Source of the DNA: Eukaryota sp. GEM-RC1
Lineage: Eukaryota
Direction: 5' to 3'
Assembly: GCA_040285855.1 (NCBI GenBank)
Contig: JAUFOQ010000001.1
Span: 124,001 to 188,000, forward strand
Length of the DNA stretch: 64,000 nucleotides
Shown: in pieces, positions 1 through 11,244 of the stretch
Numbering within the stretch: the first letter of the stretch is position 1
How the letters are laid out: every line of letters begins with the position of its first letter
Position numbers and translations under genes: made by a program
The notes under the pieces: generated by a model
What the model was told of the DNA's origin: nothing
Database searches by the model: none
The model's input: the letters and a program-made list of their open reading frames with translations, nothing else

Positions 1-759
1 GTATCTTTTATCAAATTGAATTTACATATTGTTTACTAATGTACTGACTTTCACTGTTTCCAGTTATTTATGCCATTGACTATTATTGAATTGATTAACT
101 GAAGACTTTTTTCTCCATAAAGTCTTTATGATGAGAGAAACTTTCATCATTTTTGATTGTTGAGAAATTGACAGTAAAAAGTCAAATGACATTACTTTAC
201 CATTTCCAAACATTATTCTTGGACCAATTGTGTATCTTTAACTTGGCTATCGACGTAACTACGGATTGAAATTACACGATTGTCCATTCATCAAACAAAG
301 GAGTCTGATAATCCAATACCGCAAGCTCTACTACGTACTTGTAGGAACTGTCTAAGGTAACGGAAACTCGTTCACGGAGATTACCTATTGAAACACCCAA
401 CTTCAGTTTATCAGTGTCTGCCACGAATTCCTCATATACTCAATTGGAGATGCTCCAAAAACGCTTCATATGAGGCATTGCACCCAGAACTGTTGAGTTA
501 ATTAGTAAATCTCTCTGGCAGGTTTATCATAGAATCCATAGACACAACCAAATGTATATAGTGTTCATGGAAATACTAGCAGAATGAATCATAAAAGATT
601 ACAGTTCGACCAGCTCTCTTCCCCAAGCAAGAAAGTCTGAGTCTTGTGTTAGTCCATCCAGTGTCCTCAACAAATATTTGAGAGCTCAAATTCAAATGGT
701 TTCGCAAAACCACATGTAGCAAGTCAGTTAATCGAAAGTCAGTCAAATGTGAAAAATCT

Positions 760-857
760 CTGATTTTGCACGGAAGTAAACCACAAACAGCATCAATCGG
801 ATTTGATTCCGGACAATAAGGAGGTAAGAATAAGTAGCGAAGTTTTGCTACTTTCAA
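760..857 (-). mobile_element. IS630/Tc1-mariner DDE transposase remnant
   Basis: LRYLFLPPYCPESNPIDAVCGLL matches the family motif (F/Y)LPPYSPELNPIE; only a short fragment, no TIRs seen. Confidence 0.65.
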
Positions 858-2004
858 TGCTCTGATGAAATTACTTCACTCAAAAATTCTAAAAGCAATT
901 GTTCATTGTTTTTTAGAATTTGTTCCCACTCAGACTTGGAGATTCCTTGCTGATTATTGAACGTACATAAAACTAAGTCAGCAGCTATACTAATAGAAAA
1001 CATAGTTCTACCATTACCTAGTGAAATAGCAGTGGAACAATTTAAAATGTTGATAACAAGCTTGAGGTACCGATTCATTTCTGTGGATGGATCATTAGAT
1101 TGACTAAGTATAAGATTCTTCTGGTCACCCATAGCTTGAGTAGTGGAAGTGTATTGACTCAAGAGAACCAAAGATCTTTTTCAGTTATGTTTGAATCTGG
1201 ACCTGGAATGTTGAGAAACTTCCAGTCACTCAATAATAATGGTCATGTTATGACTTTCAGTTATCAATCAGAAGACTTTTGATATCAGAGTCTGTTGTGG
1301 ATAATCAAAACGAACAACTGACAAGATGTTAGAGTGTTCAGAAGACAAAGTTGCACTCTTTTGAAGCTTCAAGTGTGAGTTACTTGGATGGAAGACCATT
1401 ATTGACGACTCTTTTAAATACTTGGTCTTTTGTCATAGTTAGTTTAATTTCGTCAAGGGAAGAATCTAATAATGGCTCTTAATTGTCGTAAGTTGAGCTA
1501 AATAAGAATCCAATATGTCAAAGATGGAATGTTATTTTTTCAACAAAATGGCACTCCTTGACATGAGAAAGATTGATTCCTTTCAACGGTCGCAGTTACT
1601 GGTCCGATGTGTAAGATTTTGTTGTGAATTTTCTCATTTAGAAGACAATAACATTTAGCTTATATGTACCTGCAGAAGCTATCATCATCCAGAATCTCAG
1701 CAAGAATTTCGTGTTGAACTTTGACGAAAGTCAAACAGCTAGTTGGTTAGCCGTTGCTGATGGACTGGTTTCCATCGGCGGGATGTAGTCTTTAGTTGAG
1801 TCAAAGTTCTCTTTGAATGGAGTAAGACGGGTAATAACAGCCTTAAACCGCTGCATTACCGATTGAAGTCATTTGTAAGTCGCTTTGTGGGAGAAATCGT
1901 ACCGGTACGACAAAGCACTTTGATGGAAAACACCATTGTTCTCTTTCAGCTCAGGATAATCAGTCAGAACAGCAAGTGCCATAAACAAGGCTTCTCCTGG
2001 TAAT

Positions 2005-2175
2005 ATACTTCGGATGAAGCCCGGTTTGATCTTTTGGATGACAAAGCTGTCAGCAGGTTGACAAAGACGAGTAGCATTTTTGGTATATACTGGATCTCGC
2101 TATTAACTAAAGCATGCTGTTGTCCTACTTCTTCAGCATGAGTGGAAACTTTGTCACAAAATAAACACTTTTTCT
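2005..2175 (-). mobile_element. pogo/Tc5-like (DDE_1) transposase remnant
   Basis: Minus strand reads KVFICDKVSTH...NSEIQYIP, then after one frameshift in an A run KNATRLCQPADSFVIQKIK; matches the DN..H and LP.N.T..QP.D motifs of DDE_1. Confidence 0.65.
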
Positions 2176-2291
2176 ACCTTGTTAAGCTTGAATTGGATGG
2201 CTATCCACGTGGATAACAAGCACCTCCATCATCACTGATATTTGAGAATAGTCCATCCCGTAAATGATATGAATCACTTTCTATCAATACA

Positions 2292-2510
2292 AAAGACTTA
2301 TTTAATGAGAATTAGGAAGAACCAGCTTTACAGCAATGAGAATGAAGCAGAAAGTGTATCAGAGTGGGGTTGCGGGAAGGAGATACTAGAAGAGGAGGCA
2401 ACATTAAACACTTAACTGCTAGTAAGTGTTACATTATCATCAAATGAACGAATACTCTTCAGTGAAGGTTCAGGATTAGACATGTAGTTTTGTTGAAAGA
2501 CCATCAGAAC
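2292..2510 (-). repeat. diverged inverted copy of 4170-4378 (probable decayed 5' gene fragment)
   Basis: Shared blocks such as AACACTTAACTGCTAGTAAGTG and GATTAGACATGTA match the reverse complement of 4170-4378; both start ATGTCTAATC (MSNxEP). Confidence 0.7.
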
Positions 2511-4169
2511 AGTGCACTCCCATTTTGGTCTCGTTTACTATTCTCCTAAGTTATCGAGTGTGACGAATTTGTGCTCACACACACTCGGTCTGTGCACTGG
2601 GCGATCTGAGTACAATACATATAGCTAAATACTATATTTCAAAGTGTAGTTTTATAGTGTGTCTATAGGTACAACAAAAGAAGTAGTTAGTTATGATTCA
2701 TTTTCAACTTGACTTATGTTCTAAAAGAGTTGAATGATCGACAATATTCAGACAAACTCTTCATCTATTCTCTCTTCCCCAAATAGAAACGTTTTCCATC
2801 ATCCTAAACGAACCTTCCTTATGTAACCAAACCAGAATTCTGATATGGCTTTATTAAAGCAACAAAATTTTGTTTCCTGGACCAATACGTTACCTTTGAT
2901 GACCTCAGTGTGAAACACAATAATGAGTACCACTTTAAATCCGAATGGTAACACTCCTAAATGATTACGCACAACACGTAGTCGTAGTAGTAGATATTCG
3001 TTGCTGGTTGCGCAGTATGGTCCATTTGTCCACAACTGAACTACTTTTGCCCGCATGATTCTTGATCCTGGATTTATTTGGTAGACCACGTGCCATAAGC
3101 TCAAGAACAGCGATCAGCTATATAGTTACAAACAAATTTAATTAATGTGTTTAAAAACAGTGATAATCTTACTCATTGCTTTACTTCTATTTTAATAGTA
3201 CTTACAAAACTAACCCATACCAATTCCCAGTATTTCACATCATTCGAATTACTTCTTTGAACACTGCTTTTACTTCTACTGCAATATTTATCAAGCAAGA
3301 AACCAAACCCCTTTATTTCTGGATCCTTCAAGAGCATAGTTGTACTTCACATCAATTTTGTTCTGTTTTGTGATTTGTGATCCCAAATCACAATCACACG
3401 TGATATGAAATGTGTACTCTGAATAACTTATATCAAAAATTATCATGTTGTAACTTATCTCCCGATACTTTAGGCCCAACAACAGACAGTTTAACAGTTG
3501 CTAATTTATCACGAACTTGAAAGACAGTACTTTGGAAGCTACTTTAGTTCATCAATTGTCTACTAATTAGTTCTACTAATAGTTGGACAACTCAGTGTTT
3601 CCTCCACAGTGTCATCATCCTCGTCTGATTCAAACACAAAATGCACAGGGTTTTCATTTGTAATGTCATTTATTATGTTTTGAACATCCATCTCACTAAG
3701 GTCAACATGTAAAGATTCGTCACCCTTCTCTACTTATTCATCTTCCATGAATGCATTAACTGCGCAAAATTCAGATTTTTTTCTTCTTGTTTCAATAGAG
3801 GTAGGTTAAAATAAACTCATCCTAACTCAAATGACATCATCTATATGAGAATCAGACATATTTTAACGCAGTTTAAAAAATCAAAAATAAAATTCTTGGG
3901 ATCCAGAATGAGAATCTATTACTCAAACACGACAACAAATAGCTAGAGGAATGAAGGAGGACTTAAATTTTGTATTTTTGTGGGTCTTAGTATTTCTTCA
4001 TAGTGAATCCTCTATTAGAATATGATGGACTCCGGTCTGTAAACAACCTACACAATTAACTTATCACCTTTATTTGCATTTATTTTACTAACATCTGACA
4101 AATATAGAATGATTTTTGCATGGGTGAAACGGAATCTTAGTCTCATGAATTTCAGCCAAGTTAGAGAGA

Positions 4170-4378
4170 TTCTTGTGTTCTTTTAACAAAACTGTACATG
4201 TCTAATCGTGAACCTCCACTGAAGTGTAGTCCTTAAGATGATGATATTGTATCACTTACTAGCAGTTAAGTGTTCAATGTTTCCTCCTCCTCTTCTCCTC
4301 CAGCAACCAAACTCTGATACACTGTCTGATTCGTTCTCCTTGCTGATGTTCTTCTAATTTCTAGTAAATGTGTCTTTA
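4170..4378 (+). repeat. diverged inverted copy of 2292-2510
   Basis: See partner; reads MSNREPPLK..DDIVSLTSS*V...LLADVLLISSKCVF with stops. Confidence 0.7.
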
Positions 4379-5464
4379 ACGTGTAAAAATCTGTAGTTTG
4401 AGTATTTTATGTATTATTCCAAAAATGGGATTTAAAATTCGAACTGTATTTTACTGTATTTGTCCAACATGCTTGACAAGCGCTTGTTCAGCTCATCTTT
4501 GTGCATTAAAAGTATATCAAATGACTTTGTCAGATGGAGTCATACTTTGGTTCAGTTCTTCCAGGCAATTTTGTCAAGATTTACTTGCATTTATCAGGCT
4601 GATTCTGTGAAAATGATCAAATTGTGTTCATCAACCCTTCTATGATTTAGTCGCTTCCTCAATTCATAATAACAATCCACAAAGTAACTTCCCGATTATA
4701 AGAAAAAGGACACGGTGAGGAAACAGAGTCCGAAATAAGTGAATTGGTGGAGAGGTGGTTTAAAAAGGTGAAATTTTTTGTTAAAAAATTGATCGTCACC
4801 AAGAACTCTAAATGTGAACGGACAACACATCTGCTTCGTTGTTACATTTCCAGTGCATTCATGTGTTGAAGCTGTGCAATTATATGTTATTATCCAGATC
4901 ACCTTGATTGTAATTTCGTTGCAAGTAAAGGACCTTTATTGCTTTAAATCGGATCTCCTGAAGACATCAAGCTGCTGTTCTATAGACACAACCAGTAGAA
5001 CAGATGCAGGTGGGTTGAAAGACACAGTTTATAACCACAGTTGGTTGACACTTCATGTTCTCAGACCTGGTGAAAGTCCTGCTACATATGAAATGGTCTA
5101 CATATCACGTCCATAGAGGTTGGTAGAACCTCGATTAAAGAGAGAAAAATACTGCAAAATCCGGTCCATTTGGCGGATCACAAATCAATTAAAATTTGAA
5201 AATCGGTCCTAAACATCTGAATCATACATTATAGAAACCGAACATCCACCCACAGCCAAATATTTAAAATCTTAGTCAGTTTAAACTGGTGGTGAGCCTG
5301 GTTTTGAACAATGATCTGATATAAACATTGAACATGTAGTTCTGGTATCAACAAGTCTGACCGTGGAGTCTGATTAAGCAATGGCAAAGACATTGTAGGA
5401 AGATGCTGAGTGGCTGCCAAACCCATCTCTATTTGAAGTATTACCCATAATGCGGATGGGTCAG

Positions 5465-6119
5465 TAGTAATGGGCAGGTTCGGGTTTAGGGTTTAAATCA
5501 TACCTATTTTAGAAAAAACCACCCCAAACCTAAACATTCGAATTTCAATAACGCTGTAACTCTGTTATTCAACATACAAGTACGGAAGCTACTTCCAAAG
5601 TCCGGCTTACAGATGTCCAAAAACTACACACACCATCTCCTTCAACTTAATCTTTAAAGTCACAATGTTCTTATCCACTTTCAGCAGTCCATTTCGATGG
5701 ATTCATCAACTGTTTAGAATTGGACTGAATTTATGCTACCAATGCGTTTATTTCTATCAGTTGTGAACCAGAAACAAGTGTTTTCAACCGATGTACGTGC
5801 ATATATAGAATATAGCGCTTTTCTGTCTGATGATAGTATTCTCACACCTAGTAGTTTCAAGTACTGGAGACGATTCGTTGAATATGATAAGAAGTACAGT
5901 TTAGTTCAAACTGAAGAATGATGTTACACTACGTTATGTGGAACCAATGTTGCATGACATATCCATTTCTAACTTACAACGGACATGTAATTCTTAACAT
6001 AAAGATGGTTTATGGGCTCGAACACCTTAACCTTTAACAAACCTAGACCATCTTTTGAAAGCTAAACCAAACCTAACCCAGATTCGGGGTTTAAACCGTT
6101 TTGAAACCTGCTCAAACTG
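5465..6119. mobile_element. possible old non-autonomous hAT-like element
   Basis: Degenerate TIR-like ends TAGTAATGGGCAGGTT / AACCTGCTCAAACTG with clustered GGTTT/AAACC subterminal motifs; no TSD. Confidence 0.35.
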
Positions 6120-6242
6120 AACCGTTTCCAGTATTTTCAATTCACACACTTTCACTACAGTTAGTAACTACAGTTTATCTACAGTAGCATACAATTGCCT
6201 GAAACCTTAATGGAGAACCCATTACGTCCTTCTTTGTTTAGT

Positions 6243-6800
6243 ATGAGAACGGTGTCAATCTTGTTGTTCTTAGCCTGTGTTACATGGTGTTCTTGTGAAA
6301 TTGTGGCTTCTGATGATCATGGAGATGCAAGTGCAGATGGTTATGCGATCGCTGATGTTGTTGATACTTTGACCTTAAGTGAGGGCAGTTGGAAGATTAC
6401 CGCTACTGGATCTGCCAATTTGAATGGAGACCCCACTGCTTTCAATTGTGGATTGCGCGTAGTTGATGAAGATTCCGTCACAGGCTATAAAATGCTCGGC
6501 AAGGTGAATCCCGCAATTGGTGGTGAATCGGGTCGAGTTGGATTTGCTGTTGTTGGTGCATTGTTGGATGGAGATGAAGATACTGAGGTTGAACTTGTCT
6601 GCTTTGGTGGAGGAAATCTTCCTTTTGAATATAATCTTGTCGCTGTCAAAGGAACTCATGTGGTACAGTTCGATTGGTTACTATTAGTGGTAATAATAGT
6701 GGCAATTCAGCTGGTTTTCCTTGTATTAAGCAATTTACACGCTCGGAAATCTGTAGGAAGTTGGTTAGTTAGTGTAGGTAGTGAACTTTACAACCTTTAG
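6243..6800 (+). CDS. small type-I membrane or secreted protein, unknown beta-rich ectodomain
   Basis: Signal peptide MRTVSILLFLACVTWCSC, Gly/Asp-rich beta-like domain, C-terminal hydrophobic helix WLLLVVIIVAIQLVFLVL. Confidence 0.65.
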   Translation: MRTVSILLFLACVTWCSCEIVASDDHGDASADGYAIADVVDTLTLSEGSWKITATGSANLNGDPTAFNCGLRVVDEDSVTGYKMLGKVNPAIGGESGRVGFAVVGALLDGDEDTEVELVCFGGGNLPFEYNLVAVKGTHVVQFDWLLLVVIIVAIQLVFLVLSNLHARKSVGSWLVSVGSELYNL

Positions 6801-7658
6801 TTTGGGTACAATACATCTTCTTTTCGAAAACCATACTGCAACACTTGCTTTTGTATCACGTAAGTTTCTTTTTTTTTGATGAGAAATAAACATTCATCTG
6901 ACAGCTACAATGCTCAATTAAGGTCAAATGTGTTTTATGCCACTCAATCTTTTCAATGAATGCAAATGTTTTGTGAATCAAAAAGAGAAGTTTGCATCAA
7001 TTTATTATCCGCATACAGAAACAATTATAAAATTGTTACTAACAGTACTCGGAAAATGCACCTAGCTTCTAACTGAAGAGCACCATTTGCAGGAATTCTT
7101 ACCTACAAACAATTAACCGTTGGATTGATGAAGCGGTTGTTCTTCACAATGATAAACTAGAATTCGGTTCTGAAGCAAATCGAGTTCATTTTGTTCATCT
7201 TTTATGACCTTAATGCCATCAACGTATCAGTTACCTTCATATATGATTCCCATGCAAGAGCCTGATTGTACAACAACGACAACTCTGATTACAATACTAT
7301 TCTTTACTATCTTAACAAACTTCTCAAGACCGAACTTCTCAGGAACTAGTACAATGTGTGCATGCAAATATTGTCCTTGCTGTTTAATATTCTCAAAAAA
7401 AGGCATTACACTAATCCAAGAAGAATTGAGGGAAGTAAACAAATCTGTCCTTACTGCTAGATTATGAGAATTACCAACCAAAATTACTGATGTAGAAAGC
7501 AACACTTATGCTTCATCTAAGGAGATTCATGGTTCAAAATCAGAACGAGTTAAGATTCTGAAACTATTTCTGCAGTTGTCTTTTCTAGTTGCTCTATTTC
7601 TTGTTGTAATTTAGTGTTGTCAGAGAGAATTTGAAAGTTTTCAGTTTTACAATTCTCA

Positions 7659-8172
7659 TTATCGGTGGTTAAATTGGAAATATGTTAGAAATGTTGATTT
7701 TAGATCAACAATTTCATCTTTCAATTCAGAAACTTCCTTCACCAACGAATCAAATTGAACATTCCTAACTCGTGTAAACAAAAACTTCATCAAATCGGCT
7801 TCCAAATCTTCAACATCGTTTACATGAACAAATAGAAAATCATCCCATTTGGAAAGAAATGGTTTCAATTGAACTAGAATTTAAAATATTTAAAAACTCA
7901 TTCAAATCGAAACTTTGATTTAATATTGATTCCACCATTGATTTGATGAACCACGACTGTGATTGAGTAGAGGTACAATATTTGACAAGCGTTTTAATCC
8001 CTTCAGTAGTGTTTGCCATCACGTCATCAATCAAAAGGTCATCAATCTTGGAAAAGAAAAGACCAACAAATTCTAGAGCTCTCAAGTCATTTCTTTCATC
8101 TGTTTCTTTAACGAATGGTTTTAACCAAGCCCAGGTCACGAGATGAGGTATTTCCTTCCACACTTCTCTCAA
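7659..8172 (-). pseudogene. frameshifted 3' gene fragment ending in a short coiled coil, unknown family
   Basis: Two overlapping ORFs (7840-8172, 7659-7868) with protein-like helical composition; no ATG start, abuts the RRM gene start. Confidence 0.4.
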
Positions 8173-8175
8173 GAA

Positions 8176-9813
8176 ATGAAGAGTTTTCCAACCAATGTCA
8201 TCACCGTAACAGGTCTAACTTCTGATGTCACCACCAACGACTTACGTAATGCATTCTATCGTTATGGAACTATTGCTTCCTGTGAAGTTAAACGGGACAA
8301 CCAAGGACCAGATTCCTTTTTGCCACTATTGCCTTCAACAACATCATTGAAGTCAACAAGGTTATCAATGACTTCTCTCAAGAAGATCTTTGTGGATGTT
8401 CCATCAAAGTCCACCATTCTCGTCCAAGAAATGGACTTATGCAGACCTCTCTCATTATTGAAAAAATTCCTCATACTTTAACAATAGAAACTCTCACTCA
8501 CAAGTGTCAGATGTTCGGTAACGTTCGATCAGTACACCTAGAAACTACTTCAATGGACTCCATGGCCATTGGTTTCTGTGACTTCTTTTCTAATCAAGAA
8601 GCTAAGTCAGCTCTAGTTCAACTTCAAAACGAGGATTGGGGAGCAGGTTTACTTAGAGTTAAGTTCAAGGAACACTCCAGTAAAAAAGTCTATCGATTCA
8701 CCTATTGTTGATGATCCATTTACTGCTACAAGAACTCCTTCTCCATCACGTGACCCGTTACGTGATCCATCACAAACCATGGACAATATTTCTAATGCTG
8801 ATATTGTCTCTTCGAGTCGTTTAAATGTCAGTGATCAAACTCCTTCTACAACAAAGTCTAAACCTCCTAATCAAAAGAGTAAGTTAGGTCAGTTATACAT
8901 CACTGGTTTACATCCCAACATTGATGTAAAGAGGTTGGAAGAACTTTTCTCCCCTTTTGGAAAAATTATGTCCGGTGGATTGAATACCGACGATCAAGGG
9001 AAATCTAAAGGACGTGCTCTTATCCTCTTTGATACCCCTCAAAGTGCAATCAATGCCATTTATGCAATGCATGGTAAGGAAGTTGGCTCTAGTAAAGATC
9101 CGGACTCTACTTCTCCAATATCAGTTCACTTTTACCATCCACCAACCCCACGTTTCAGGCTGGTTAATGGTATTCCTGCACAGCTCTCTGTTATGGTCAG
9201 GAAACTTCCCATTGATGTAACAAGTGACCGGTTTTTGGAAATCTTGTCTTCATTTGGTGAGGTCAAATCTCATCGCCTTATAACAGTACAATCCAGAAAT
9301 CAAAAAGCTGGTTTTGCTTCTTTCGCCAATGTTGAACAAGCTATCAATGCTGTACAAGAGCTTCATCAATCCTGTGCATTTGGAAAAGTTCCTATTGATA
9401 TCAAATTTCTCCAACCAGAACAACTTGCAGCTGCTGTTCTTGAAAAAGAGTATAACCGTACCTGCACTGAACTCCAGGAAGCATCCAAGCACAAAACTCT
9501 TTGGGTAGGTTCACTACCTCCAAGCACAACAGACGATTCTCTTTACCAAATGTTTTCTCCCTTTGGTGCCATCACTTCTTCAATTGTGATGAAGACTGTG
9601 ACTGGTGAGAGTAGGAGATTTGGTCATGTTTGTTTTGAGAAGTCAGAAGAAGCTAATGAAGCTCTTCTAGAAATGAATGAAAAGTTGATTCCTGGAACGA
9701 ACCATCGTTTACAAGTGTGTAGGTTTAGATCAGAACAGGAGCGTAAGGAACTTGAGGCCAAGATACTCGACCAACAACGTGTTAAGCGTGTTCGAGTCCC
9801 TTATCATAGTTAG
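8176..9813 (+). CDS. multi-RRM (five RRM) RNA-binding protein, two homopolymer frameshifts
   Basis: RNP motifs ITVTGL, LIIEKI/IGFCDF, LYITGL/KGRALILF, VMVRKL/AGFASF, LWVGSL/FGHVCF; frames join at the T run ~8317-8321 and the A run ~8682-8687. Confidence 0.85.
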
Positions 9814-10720
9814 TTAGACTGTGGATAACGTTTCTCCAGCTGTTCATGAGACTTATTATCAATTAACCTGAACATGATTGAGGAGGTTTTATTGTGGTGA
9901 AACATGAAATGAAAAGGAGATGAAAAAACTGGAATTTGAGAAACACGACAGATTCTCTCAGTACATGTACCTTCTCTTTCTTCTGACTCAAGAGTAACTG
10001 TCAATGTTGATGATGACGTGATGCAGTTGAAGATGAAATCAGTTGGGGTAACTTCACTAGACTCCACGCTAACTAATATCTCTGAAAGTTCTATTGATAT
10101 GACTTTTCTTGAAGAAAGGTGTAAGTAGACCACACAAGGAGCTGTAATGTAAGAGATCAAGAACTTTTTGAATATATTGTTAGAATCCAATTAAGGTCAA
10201 GATCTTTAATAATTGTAGAAATCTTCAATAAATAGCATCCTTTTGAAGCTGTCTCATTAATTATTTGTAGAGTTTAAGACCGCATTTGTTCTTCTTTTGT
10301 TTGATAAGGATGACTTTGAACCCCTTTTTCACAACATTTCTCTCAAGATATCCAAGGATTGTGCTCGAGGAGATTCATTGTCAGAGTTGGTAATGTTATC
10401 TAACAAATTTTCGGGCGCTACCACTAATGCACTGGAACATTGTAAGAGTTCTACTGCTTTTCAACAAATAGTGTACATTAGAATCAACTGTCATGTTATT
10501 ACTGTATATATTTGTATAAATTAACTGAATACATACAATTCCATTGTTAAACTACCACCATTGTTACTAGTCAAATTTCTTATGGAATATCTTTCACCAA
10601 TACTCAAAGAGTTCAACTACCAATTCAATGTAATGATCTTCTACAAATAAAATGTTGTTCTTCCATACAGTTTTAGTAAAAAGCAATGGTTCAAAACACT
10701 GTTCTAATTGTATGATACAC
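9810..10720 (-). pseudogene. decayed segment of unknown product; part 10185-10720 is duplicated in each array spacer
   Basis: 10185-10720 aligns by eye with 14645-15140, 18821-19317 and 22996-23492; many stops and indels. Confidence 0.45.
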
Positions 10721-11244
10721 CAACTGTTATTTGAAAAATACAAAGAATAGACTTTAGAATTTTGTTTTCCCTCCTCTCTAGACTCCGACTAAAGATTCTT
10801 GTTCTTCCACTTCACGGCCCCGGACCTCCCTTCATGAACTGTTTTTTAGATCAGTACAATGTAGTTGTTGCTCTTTCCATCCTAATACAACTGATCTTAT
10901 TCCTGGGTCTCCTTCTTCGCAGTCTTTTCCAGGTTGTAGTTTCCTTAAACTCCAGCAGTGGATGTGTGGAAAGGCCTGCCGTCGCTTTAAACAGCTCTCG
11001 GAGCATTTTGGATGCCCGCTCAGTACAAAAATTCTCCGTTCTTTGTTTGTACTTTGTGGAAATTGGCTTTGTAGATTTGATTGCTAGAAATTCTTGAATC
11101 ACATTTAGTATATTTTGTCGTATACCATGTTTAATTTAATTGCAACAAATAAAATCCTGATCGATGAAAGTTGTTAGGAAAAAAAAGGTTTATAGGAAAA
11201 AAAATAAATGGACTTCTAAAGTATCTAAAAACATAATAAAAGTC

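Noticed and set aside
1..1750. Coding-like stretches on the minus strand, including ORF 854-1171
   Set aside because: Many stops and no recognisable motif, so no product can be supported.
5482..5495. Telomere-like GGGTTTAGGGTTT
   Set aside because: Under two units; better explained as a subterminal motif of a TIR element.
8311..8690. Euplotes-type programmed frameshifting
   Set aside because: No consistent slippery-codon-plus-stop motif; shifts go in both directions and differ between identical copies.
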